Source: Candidatus Kerfeldbacteria bacterium
GTDB taxonomy: Bacteria > Patescibacteriota > Patescibacteriia > SBBC01 > CAIJZX01
Length of the DNA: 64,000 nt
Direction: 5' to 3'
Assembly: GCA_016193315.1 (NCBI GenBank)
Contig: JACPSJ010000001.1
Coordinates: 155,981-219,980, forward strand
Part shown: positions 49,417 to 59,893 of the stretch, piece by piece
Layout of the letters: each line of letters begins with the position of its first letter
How positions within the stretch are numbered: the stretch's first letter is position 1
Notes under the pieces: generated by a model
What the model saw: only the letters and a program-made list of their open reading frames with translations
The model's database searches: none
What the model was told of the DNA's origin: nothing
Position numbers and translations under genes: made by a program

Positions 49417-50286
49417 ATGAACGTGATCCGCCTGTCGAATGGGTATGAGTTTGAGTACGTCGCCGCCAGCGGCGCGCTCGGCTTCGACGGCCAAGGCTGG
49501 CCGTGGGAGCAGCCGCTCCGGGTACTCGGACTATTCGATCCGTCGCTCTTCAAGCCGGTGACGAAAAGCCTGACCTGGAAACCGCGCCGTGGCAACCTCC
49601 GGTGGCACGACCCGTTCCGGGCGGTCAGGTTCATCGATGGCGGCGTGGTCAATGCAGTTGATCTCACCAACCTAGGTTTCGACTGGTGGCTGGAAACCGT
49701 CGGACGCCGACTCGAGAGTGGCCGGCAGTCGCTGATCGTCTCGATCTACACCGAGGACGAAACCGAGTTGCGCCAGATGGCTGAGCGGTTAAACGATATC
49801 GACCTTGCCGCAGTCGAGCTCAACGCGCACTGTCCCAATCATCATGGCGATTTCCACCATAACGCCTGGCAGGTCGTCTGGTTCTGCGAACTCTACCGTC
49901 GGTTGTGCCGTCATCCGTTGATCCTCAAGGTCTCGGTCCTCCACAACTTGAACCTGATCGTCCCGAAGGCCGAACCATACATTGAGGCGATTGACATCAA
50001 CTCGGTCCCCTGGTCATACGTGTTCCCCCACCGCAGCCCCCTCCGGCGATTGGGTGGGGGAGCCGTCTCCGGCCAACCCGCGCAGGCGGTGACCTGGTCG
50101 ATCTTGCGGCAACTCGTCAACTTGACCGATATCCCGGTCATCGGCCCGAGCGTCTGGCGCTACCAGGATATCCAAGCACTCCGCGGGCGCGGCGCCCAGG
50201 CCATCAGCTTCGGCTCGATCTTCCTCCGTTACCCGTGGCGGCCGACGATCTTCGTCCGGCGTGATCAGCGGGAGAACGGACGATGA
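49417..50286 (+). CDS. dihydroorotate dehydrogenase family 1-like protein
   Basis: AASG, TKSLT..PRRGN, ELNAHCPN, LILKVS, GGAVSG; GGAGGTG RBS. Confidence 0.8.
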   Translation: MNVIRLSNGYEFEYVAASGALGFDGQGWPWEQPLRVLGLFDPSLFKPVTKSLTWKPRRGNLRWHDPFRAVRFIDGGVVNAVDLTNLGFDWWLETVGRRLESGRQSLIVSIYTEDETELRQMAERLNDIDLAAVELNAHCPNHHGDFHHNAWQVVWFCELYRRLCRHPLILKVSVLHNLNLIVPKAEPYIEAIDINSVPWSYVFPHRSPLRRLGGGAVSGQPAQAVTWSILRQLVNLTDIPVIGPSVWRYQDIQALRGRGAQAISFGSIFLRYPWRPTIFVRRDQRENGR

Positions 50287-50405
50287 GGCCCCGAATACAT
50301 CGGTTGTTGTCCCTTCCACGGCCGGCGGGACCTGTCGGCCAAGTGGCGATCTTTGACTCGCATCCACCAGTCGCAAGCTGGTGGCTTTTTCTGTTCACAT
50401 GGCGT

Positions 50406-53400
50406 TTGACAATGAACGAATGATTCGCTTGAATGGCGGGGCTGCGCCTAGCCCCGGATGGGTGCTGTTCCGCGTCCAAGTCCACGTCTCGGTCTGGCAA
50501 GGCATTCTTTGGGGCCCCGCGCCATTCAAGGTGCGGGGCGTTTTCTTGACATCAATCCATCCGGGTGGTTCTCTGTGACAGCGGTGACTAGGTTTGGCGC
50601 GCCGTCGAAGTCATGTCCGGCCACAGCCAAGCAATCGCAGCGTTCTCTCCGGAGCCCCGATGATGAAATCGGGGCTGTTTCTTGACATTCTCGAAATCCT
50701 TCTGTACATTGCTGTCGCTCACCTGGCAGGGTTTCCACCCGTTGACCACGCTCCGCAACGTTGGCGACAGCCACGACGACGTGCGGCCGGGACCGCTATT
50801 CTTTGGGGCCCCGATCAATCTGTCGGGGCTGTTTTTCTTGACAGACCGTCAGGTGTCATGTAAAAAAGTCTTCATCTTCGGTCAGCGCTGTCGCTTGGAT
50901 CGCCAACCTTGCGTCGGGCGCGCTGCGCCTAAGCCGACAGTGCCCAGCCTAGCTCCTCTCTGGATCCCGATCACTCACCTGGTCGGGATGTTTTTCTTGA
51001 CTAGCCCACGTACTCGTGGTACATAGCTGTCGATTGTATCCATTGCGGATGGGTGCGGACAGGTAGCCCGCGGCATAACAGGCCCAGCCAAGCCCGGGTC
51101 AGCCATTGTGGTCTTTGGGTCCCGATCTGACAACAGGTCGGGACATCTTTTTATTGACACGGGAACAGCCTAACGATATAGTACGGCGAACTCGGTTAGG
51201 TCCGGCTGCCTATGCCATGCTTCGCCCAAGCAAGCACCGGCCCCGCATCGACCGCCGTGCCAAGCCGTTCTCCGGATCCTCCGTCTCTGACGGAGGATAT
51301 TTCTTGACATGAAACTGTTCTCTTGTTAAAGCGGGGCTGGCTCCTTGCCCAGGTCAGGTGACGCCAGTTGCGCCGGGCTCAGCTGTCCCGGTACAGCCAA
51401 CGGCCAGCATTGCCGCCGCCAGCACAGGCATGTCTATCTTTCCTTCGGGTCCCGATCGCGCTAGATCGGGACTCTTCGCTTGACTTTTTTAAAAACTTTA
51501 GTATAAAATTATTGCGTTTCTCGCGGCTGTGTTCGCCCGGCCGAGCTAAGGAGTTGACAGCTCCGGCACGCTGCTGAACGGTAGGCTCCTCTTTGGGCCC
51601 CGCATCATTCTCGGAATGGCGTGGGGCTGTTTTCTTGACAACCATTGCTCGGACAGGTACTTTCCACTGCGCTCCGCGCGACGGGACATTTTCTTGACAA
51701 ACAGGCCGGGGTGTCCTAGGTTGTCTCGCGAACCACCTGGCCCGCCTGCGCGAGACAGGCAGCGCCGACGCAGGGTACTGATTGACTGGCCGTGGTGTAC
51801 TTGCGAGTTCTATGGGGCCCCGTCTGGTATTACCGAGCGGGGCCGTTTTTTTGACGAACCAAGACGAAACGAATATAGTGTTCGAGTCGTTTTCCGGCCA
51901 GGCCTGGTTGGGATAGCCACCCCATCCAGCGCCATGCCTCCCCGTGTCAGGGATAGGCCAGCACCTCTCCGGGCCCCGATCACGTTGATCGGGACTGTTT
52001 TCTTGACAGGGTGTGTATTTGCTCCTACCCTTAGCCAACGCCCCACGCCGACCTAGTCTGACGACAGCAAGGGTCAAGCAGACTATCACGCCGCAGGCCA
52101 CTTCAGGCTCCGGGTCCCGATCTGACAACAGGCCGGGACTTTTTTCTTGACAACTTTTGATATTGCACCTATCGTCTCGCCAGACAGTATTGCCGTACGG
52201 CACTGTTCGTCTAGCAACGGCACCGCTTCCCAACGAAGACCTAGCTAGCCTACGGGTCCCGGTCTGAAAACAGGTCGGGACGTTTTATTGACGAAAAAGG
52301 GATAAACAACTAAGGTGTCGAAGTTCTATCCGGCCAGGTACGCCGGGCACAGGCGGCCAGCGGAAAGCCACCGTCAGCCCCCGCTCGCCAACGTCCGTCG
52401 CGCTCCGCACAGCCCGTCTCTGGGTCCTCCGCCTCTGGCGGAGGACGTTTTTCTTGACGCGAATGGGAAGTCGGTGATACGGTGCGCCTTGCGTTGGCAA
52501 AACCCGGCTGACCATCGTTGGGCATCGTATGTTCCTCACCGCCGGACAAGCGCGTCAAACGCCAGGCAACTCTTTGGGTCCCGATTCTCACGACTCGGGA
52601 CTATTTATTGACACAGATTATTAACTCGAGTAGGCTCGCGGGAGTATCACGGCTGGGCGATACTTCCAACGCACCCGCATCCCGATCAGTGTCATGCTCC
52701 TCTGTGGGTCCCGGCCGCTATACGTTGCCGGGACATTTTCTTGACGCGCATACACCATTTTGCTAGTTTGCGCATTGGATTGGCTGGCCATGTTAAGGTC
52801 GGGCCCGACAGAGTGCCGCCAGCTGCGCAAGAGCATGCCCTACTATGGGTCCCGGTTCTGATGAATCGGGACTTTTTCTTGACATGCGCTCAATCCTCGC
52901 TTAGGGTGAAACGCGCCTCATGCAGTCCAGGCGAGGTCCGCTTTGGCTGAGTAAGGCATGAATGGCCTAGGTGCGGTTGGCTGCTCTACGGGTCCCGATT
53001 CTCACGACTCGGGACATTTTCTCGACACGACTTTTTCGATAATGTACTTTCTGACAACTTGGCCCGCCGGGCATTGGATGAGTAGGCCATGGCATCCTTC
53101 GGTCCACTTCGGGGCTCCCGCAAACACGGGAGCCGATTTTTTCTTGACTCTTGTTGGTTGATCAAGTAACTTGCCTATCGTCAAGTTTCACGGCTCGGTG
53201 AGGATAGCTCCGCACTGCCTAGCCGGAGCGCCGTCAGGTGACGTTCGCTTGGGATAGCTTTGGAGGCGGGACGCCAGTCTCGCCTTTTTGCTTGACAAGT
53301 TTCGATCGCAACCCTAAAGTTTCAGCTCTCGCCTCGCTCCGGTTCTGTGTGACAGGGCCAAGTACCGCAGCACGAACCTCTCTTTGGGGCTCCCCCATCA

Positions 53401-53557
53401 TGATGGGAGCCTTTTGTTTGACAATCTCATCCGGTAGGGTCTAAGTTCACACAGTACGCAGGGCCTCGGATAGCCGCGGAGCCCATTTCCTTCCCGTGTT
53501 TCGGCTAGGCCAGCCGTTCTAAGGGTCCCGACTTCATCGGTCGGGACTTATTCTTGC
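50406..53557 (+). ncRNA. array block 1: ~22 predicted small-RNA units (promoter-body-hairpin terminator)
   Basis: -35 boxes at 50406, 50546, 50682, 50838, 50997, 51154, 51304, 51480, 51635, 51694, 51851, 52003, 52147, 52288, 52454, 52608, 52741, 52879, 53022 (TCGACA), 53144, 53292, 53418; most have a TA-starting -10 box 17 nt later; from the second onward each follows a hairpin + T-tract. Confidence 0.8.
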
Positions 53558-53684
53558 TTGACAAAATTGTGCATCTCCGTTAAGGCTGGTGTACGCTCCT
53601 TCCAATCCATCACTGGACTATCGGATCCGAAGGCGCGCTTCGTCCACGCTGTTTGCCTCTTCACCACATCTTTGGAGGCTCACC

Positions 53685-55532
53685 GTGAAGCGTCAGAAGC
53701 CGCGGCCACCATTGCCGCGCAAGCTCAACCTGCTGGAGTATTTTCCGTACCATCTGTACCCAGTCATGCGACCGAATCAGCGGCTTGGTCTCGAGACTAT
53801 TGAGGCCAACGACGGATTGGCGACCCTCGAAGCGCCGACCGGCAGCGGCAAGATGGCCATCGGCTACACCTTCCTCAAGGCGCTGGCCGCTCAGCGCCTG
53901 GGGCCGCTGTTCTACATCGTGCCGACGAAGACGCAGGTCGACCAACTCGTCCGGTACCACCCGGATCTCATCCCGGTCTACGGGCGGAACGAGCACGACT
54001 GTCTGTATTACCCGGACCTGTCGCTGAAGGCGGATGAAATTCCAACCGTCCTCTGCCCAGGCTGCGATCACTTCGTCAACCAGGAGACCGGCGCCGTCAA
54101 CGTACCCGGCGTCGTGCCCTGTCCGTACTACCTCCAGAAGTACCAGGCGAAGCAGGCGCCGATCGTCGTCTGCACCATGGCCTTCTACCTCTTCACCCAG
54201 CTCTTCTCGCAGGAGTGGGAGGAGCCGGCCGGCCTGGTCATCGATGAAGCGCACCAGTTCCCCCGGGTCGTCCGTAACTGCCTCAGCTACGAGATTACCG
54301 ACTACCACTTGTGGCGGTCGGCCGACCTCTTGGCGGAGATCGACGGCGTCGCCGCGCACCAACTGCGGGACTTCGGCCGGAAGATGATTTCGATCATCAA
54401 GCGGAAGCCAGCCGGGCAGGGAACGCTGCTCAAGGACGAGGAGATCATTCAGCTTATCGAGCTGCTCGACGTCATCGACGCCGGGGCGGTCGAACGCGCC
54501 CTCAGCCGGGCCATTCGGCAGGGGCTGATCGACGTCAAGCAGGACCGCGAGACGTTGAAGCAGCTGGAGACGATCGTTCGCGACCTGCGGCGGTACCTCC
54601 ACACCCTCGAGTACTCGCTGCCGACGAAGCAGCGGCACGCCCTGAACTACACCTACGGCTTCTACGAGGAGGAGATGGGGCCGAACGACAAGGCTCAGTA
54701 CCGTCTGGTCATCAAGGCGCACTACGTCGCGCCGATTATCGCCAAGATCCTGAGCCCGCGGACGGTGGCGTATTCGGCCACCATCGGCGATCCGCCGATC
54801 TTCCAGGGCGAGACGGGTATCCGCGCCGACGTCTTCGAGTTCGGTTCGGAATTCTCTCATCTGAAGACGCGGGTGTTCATGCCGACGGACACTAAGAACC
54901 TGGCCTTCAACACCCGGGGTCGACAGGATGTTACCCGGACGCTGCGGCTGGTGGCCAAAGCGGCCCGTCGCTTCGCCCAACGGGGTCACCGCTCTCTGGT
55001 GGTGATCGTGTCGGAGAAGGAGCGGCAGAAGTTCTTGACCCTGGCCGAGGAGGAGCGGCTGAAGGTCCTGAGCTACGGGAATGGGTCACCCGCTAAGACA
55101 GTGGCAGCCCGGTTTCTTGGCGGTGAAGGAGATTGCCTGGTCGGCACCACCGCCCAGTACGGCGAGGGGATCGATTTGCCACGGCAGTCGGCGCCGGTCA
55201 TCTTTATGCTCCGGCCTGGCTACCCGCATCCGGACGATCCGGGCACGCAGTTCGAGGAGCGGCGCTTCAGCACCGGGCAGGTCTGGGCCATCCGCCAGTG
55301 GCGGGTGATGATGGAAGCGCTCCAGGTGCGGGGCCGGAACATCCGTTCCAGCGACGACCTCGGCGTAACCTTCTTCATGTCCCAGCAGTTCCGGAAGTTC
55401 CTGCGCAGCAGCCTGCCGAAGTGGCTCGAGCGGGCCTACCGCAACACCCGCACCTTTGACCAGTGCGTCGAGGAGACGATGGAGTTGTTGAGCCGAGGCG
55501 ATCGAGGTCTGACGGCTGGAATACAGCAGTGA
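53685..55532 (+). CDS. DinG/XPD-family SF2 helicase with Fe-S cysteines
   Basis: APTGSGK, C..CPGC..CPYY, IDEAH, SAT, EGIDL, QVRGRNIRSSDDLG; GGAGG RBS before GTG 53685. Confidence 0.9.
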   Translation: MKRQKPRPPLPRKLNLLEYFPYHLYPVMRPNQRLGLETIEANDGLATLEAPTGSGKMAIGYTFLKALAAQRLGPLFYIVPTKTQVDQLVRYHPDLIPVYGRNEHDCLYYPDLSLKADEIPTVLCPGCDHFVNQETGAVNVPGVVPCPYYLQKYQAKQAPIVVCTMAFYLFTQLFSQEWEEPAGLVIDEAHQFPRVVRNCLSYEITDYHLWRSADLLAEIDGVAAHQLRDFGRKMISIIKRKPAGQGTLLKDEEIIQLIELLDVIDAGAVERALSRAIRQGLIDVKQDRETLKQLETIVRDLRRYLHTLEYSLPTKQRHALNYTYGFYEEEMGPNDKAQYRLVIKAHYVAPIIAKILSPRTVAYSATIGDPPIFQGETGIRADVFEFGSEFSHLKTRVFMPTDTKNLAFNTRGRQDVTRTLRLVAKAARRFAQRGHRSLVVIVSEKERQKFLTLAEEERLKVLSYGNGSPAKTVAARFLGGEGDCLVGTTAQYGEGIDLPRQSAPVIFMLRPGYPHPDDPGTQFEERRFSTGQVWAIRQWRVMMEALQVRGRNIRSSDDLGVTFFMSQQFRKFLRSSLPKWLERAYRNTRTFDQCVEETMELLSRGDRGLTAGIQQ

Positions 55533-58500
55533 ACAACGAATAGGCAAAACCTGGGTTACCAAGTGTAGGCAACCCCCAGGCAAGAAAGAGTGCTCTCTGG
55601 GACCCCCGATCGAATGATCGGGGGTCGTTTTCTTGACAGGTGTTGAGCTTATCATTAACCTGCAGCCGCTAGCTACGGACCGGCTAGGAACGGTGGGCCA
55701 CGTTTTGGCTGAGTCCGGACGGCCGGACCCAGGTCGCCTAGAGTGTTCTATGGGGCCCCGATCATTTGGTCGGGGTCGTTTTTTGACTTCCTCCAAGGTT
55801 GGGTGTAGGGTCTTCCAATCCGCCAGCCTTCGGCAGGTAACGGTAGTTCTGGGTAGCCAGTCCTGTGGCACGGGCTCCAACGCGCGGATGGGATCGCCTT
55901 GGTTTTGCATGGTTTGTCTCGCTCCGGGTCCTCCGCCTTTGGTGGAGGACTTCTTTCTTGACATAAAGCAACCAAGCGAGTAGGAAGTTGATACCGGAGT
56001 GGTACGCGCCGCCCCGGAAAGCTAGGCTCTTTGGCGGTATGCCACGCTGGCCTGCACTGCGGGACCTCATTCGGAAGAATGAGGTCGTTTTTCTTGACAT
56101 GCCCACGAAATAATTCTAGTGTGCGAGCGCCGCGCCTAGGAATTCTTTGGAGCCCCGTTCGCAAGAACGGGGCTGCTTTCTTGACACGACCTATTTTTTC
56201 CTGTAAGACCTTTTGCACCCGGTGCTGAATCCAATGCACTGGTGCGCCATCGCGCGGCAGCCGCATCAATCGGCACGCTGGGCTACGCTTCGGGACGGTG
56301 ACTCACCATGGTCGCCGTCTTTTTTCTTGACACGACGAATGCAATGCAATAGGCTTGCCCAGCAGTATTCCCGCTGCGGACAGCCATGACCCGCACCGTT
56401 CCGCTAGGCTGCGGTCAGCCGTTCTTTGGAGCTCCGTTCGCAAGAATGGGGTCAATTTCTTGACAAACTGCCTGATTCAGTTAGCCTACCCAATCACCAG
56501 AAGTCCCATCCTCAGCCTTGGTGTCCCGTGACAACCATCGCTATGGTTGGGCCTGGTCCGGAGGGCCGTCCTTTGGAGCCCCGTTCGTCAGAGCGGGGCT
56601 TTTTCTTGACTGCCGTTATTACTTTTGATAGGGTCGGCCGACACGCCTAGGCTTGCCTTGGTTAACCAAGCACCGCCGTCGTCGGCCACCCCAGCGCCAT
56701 CTTCGGAGCCCCTGATCATTCGATCGGGGGCGTTTTTCTTGACTCTCGCTGGATCATCCTGTACAACGTCCAAACCAGGTGTGCCTGACCTGCCAGGACC
56801 ATGCCTGTGTGGGCCTTGGAATGCACGGCCATACTCTGGGGCCAGCTCGTCTTTACGCGAGTTGGCCTACTTCTTGACAGCGTGAAAGCATTACTCTAGT
56901 TTTCAGCCATTCCATGCGCCTCGGATAGCTGCGCTATCGCGCGATGCGTAGCGGAACGGACTGGTGGAGTAGTCATTGGTTCTCTGTGGGGTCCCATCAG
57001 TCGGTGGGGGCTTCTTCTTGACTGAACGAAAAATACGCTGATAGATTCTGTCGACCCGCCAGGGAAAGCAAAGCCGCGGAATTCCTCGGATCGCCGCGCC
57101 TCGCCTGCCTGTGCCATGACAGCCTGATCTTCGGTGCCTCATCCATCCGGGTGGGGCATGTTTCATGACATCCCCTGGGGAGAGAGAATAATCTTGGTTG
57201 TCCACGCGCCTCGGAAAGCTTTCCTAATGGCGATACGTAATTGAACTGATTTCGTGGTTGTAAGTGGCTATCCTTGGTTTCCCGACGTAATGTGGGGCTT
57301 TCTCCTTGACCAGAACACTCAATTGTCTGTAATTTTCCAATCCTCGGAAAACCATGGTCCGGCGGGCCTGTCTCTGCCTGCGTCAGCCTCGCTCTTCCAG
57401 GCTTAGCCTCGCTTTGGGTCCTCCGTCGCTGACGGAGGACATTTTCTATTGCGATTGCTTGACAAATCCGGGGATGACGATTAGGTTGCCGACACTAGGC
57501 TGGCCCGGCTTTCCTAGGGCAAGTCGGCCTGTCCCGGAGCATCCGGCGGACAGCTCAGCATAGCCATTCTTTGGATCCCACGCAACCGCGGTGGGACTTT
57601 TCTTGACTTTCCGAGGGCCCCGTTCTAAAGTGCCGCGGCTGGATCAAGGCTCGGATAGGCCTCCTTGGCCCCGCAAAGCCTAGGAACCTCTGGCCGCGGA
57701 CGGCCCCGGACAGGATCTCCCTCCCGTTCTTTGGGTCCCCATCAGCCATGGTGGGGATGCTTTCTTGACCGACGAAAATGGATTTGCTAGTTTCTTGCGG
57801 CCATATGGTTAGGCCGGGAACGGCGGCCATCGGTGTTCCAAGCACCGCCTTGGCCAGGCTCGCCTTGCTCCACTTCGGGACCCTGCAGAAATGCGGGGTC
57901 ATTTTCTTGACCTTCTGAAGTTCGAAGCTTATGTCCGTCTGACGTGGTATGGTCGGCTTGGCTAGCGCTGCGTGTCCCTCGCCAGACTCCCCATCGCCAT
58001 CCCTGCTCTAGGCGTCGTGTTCTCCGGAGCCCCGTTCGAAAGAGCGGGGCTGCTTTCTTGACATCGCCCACACCGGGATGTACGGTCGAATGACGCGATG
58101 ATGAACTGTGCCAAGCCAGTCATCGGCCCGCCAGCGCGAGACGCCCCGCCCTTTGCTGCGCAATGCCTCCGCTCTCTATGGGGTCCGTTCGGCAGAACGG
58201 ATCTGTTTCTTGACAGCGTGTGAATTTGGCCGTAGATTTTTTTTGCTTAGGCCGTGGTTCATGATTGTCTTTGTAAGCGGAAACCAGCCCAGGCTAGGTG
58301 TCCCCAGCACTGGCATGGTCGGCTTGCAAGTGGCCAACCACGCCCTGGATGTCTACGGGCCCAGCCCGTGTTTCTGAATCATGACGGGCTGGGCTTTTTT
58401 CATGAGCTTCATCCGGGAACGCAATCTACTGACAAACCAACACGGTTCGGCTAATTTGTCTTGGCATCAGGCGGTTTTTTCGTCAGCCTTAGTGTCGCGT

Positions 58501-59050
58501 GATAACCATCGGTCTGGTTGGGTCTGTTCCGGAGGGCTGTACTTCGGGGCCTCGCTCCACATGAGCGAGGCTGCTTCTTGACGCTAAGTTCATCTCATGA
58601 TAAACACCCGGTCGTCGCAGTCGGCGCCTTGAAACTCATAGTACTCCCGGAACGCCAGCGATCGCCGCAGTGCGGAATTCCAGACCACCGCATCCCCAGC
58701 CGCCGCACGCTCCGTCAGACTTTGGGCCCGACCGCGCAAGCGCGTCGGGCATTTTTCTTGACTAGTTTCATGCTCTGTAGTAGGTTCGTCGGTGTCCGCC
58801 ATGCCCACGCCAGTTTCGGAATGGTATCCTCCCGCCAGTCGCGGCAGTCTGTGGCCCGCTCTGGAGTCCCGATGGTAACACCGCCTTGGGACTTTTCTTG
58901 ACGCCCTGCTCATTCGTTGATAAGAGTATGATGGTTCTGAAATTGATTTCTCGGAATCGACCCGGCAGGCCCAGGATTCCCGAGTCTCGCCATCCCAGCC
59001 ACACCCCAGCTCCTCTTCGGGGCCCCGCCAGCCATCGCGGGGCCATCTTC
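55533..59050 (+). ncRNA. array block 2: ~23-24 predicted small-RNA units
   Basis: -35 boxes at 55633, 55783, 55958, 56094, 56181, 56327, 56460, 56606, 56739, 56874, 57018, 57165 (ATGACA), 57306, 57459, 57603, 57765, 57907, 58058, 58210, 58429 (CTGACA), 58578, 58758, 58898; same architecture as block 1. Confidence 0.8.
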
Positions 59051-59166
59051 TTGACAAAACCAGGGCGGTTTTGCTAAGGTCGCGGATCGCCTTTTGTTTG
59101 GGCGAACCTGGCTACGCAGGACGCGTGGCAGCTGTACCATCCAATTCTTTGGAAAGGGGCCACCCA

Positions 59167-59811
59167 ATGGCCAACAAGCGGAAGCGCGTCACCGTCCGGT
59201 GCGTCGGGATCGAGCCGATCCTCTTCAACGCCATTCCCGAAGGCCTGCTCATGGACCTGCTGAAGGGCAAGAGCCGGCCGAAGGTGAAGGGCGACGACGT
59301 CGACCTCGACAAGATCTGCGAGGACAAGCTCTACGTCGACGACGACGGCACGCCGTGCATCCCGCGGCTGAACATGTTCGCCGCCCTGAAGTACGCCGGC
59401 AAGTTCGTCAAGGCCGGCAAGAAGAACATCACCGGTGGTGACTCGACCCAGCTGCCGTCGATCCTGACGGTCGAGGGAACGCTGTTCCGTCTCGACAACG
59501 GGACGGCGAACGGCAAGCCGGAGTGGAAGATGGATCTCCGCGCCGGCCGTCACCGCCAGGGCACCTCGAAGGTCATGGTCGCCCTCGTTCGGCCCCGCTT
59601 CGACCGCTGGGGCTTCACCGCCACGGTCTCCTGCGCCGACGACGACGCCACGATCAAGACGGTCAAGCAGCTGTTCTGGGAGGCCGGCGACAAGGCTGGT
59701 CTCGGCGACTACCGCCCCTCGTCGGGCGGCTTCTACGGCCGCTTCCGGCCGGTGGGCTTCACCGTCGAGGACATGGTCGAGGAGACCGAGTTCGCGGCGG
59801 CCGTGGCCTAG
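59167..59811 (+). CDS. Cas7/RAMP-like RNA-binding protein, paralog 1
   Basis: VTVRCVGIEPILFN, PCIP..MFAALK.AG, VRPRFDRWGF, Gly-rich loop AGLGDYRPSSGGFYGRF. Confidence 0.75.
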   Translation: MANKRKRVTVRCVGIEPILFNAIPEGLLMDLLKGKSRPKVKGDDVDLDKICEDKLYVDDDGTPCIPRLNMFAALKYAGKFVKAGKKNITGGDSTQLPSILTVEGTLFRLDNGTANGKPEWKMDLRAGRHRQGTSKVMVALVRPRFDRWGFTATVSCADDDATIKTVKQLFWEAGDKAGLGDYRPSSGGFYGRFRPVGFTVEDMVEETEFAAAVA

Positions 59812-59893
59812 CCGCTGTACGGTCGTTTCCTTTCGGGACGGCGGGACGCGAAGCGTCCCGCCGCCGCTTCACCTACGGATCGGAGGAACTGCC

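Noticed and set aside
53661-54989. 442-aa antisense ORF
   Set aside because: Shadow of the GC3-biased helicase gene.
50400-59050. Canonical CRISPR array
   Set aside because: No near-identical 25-45 nt direct repeats; period is mostly ~130-170 nt and the conserved parts are promoter and terminator signals; no cas1/cas2 in the window.
50400-59050. Integron attC cassette array
   Set aside because: Hairpins lack RYYYAAC/GTTRRRY ends, units carry no ORFs and no integrase is present.
50381-59167. Many short ORFs called across the array on both strands (e.g. 51379-52233, 55086-55964)
   Set aside because: Recurrent FFLT / VKKK peptides are translations of TTTTCTTGAC; no RBS or coding bias.
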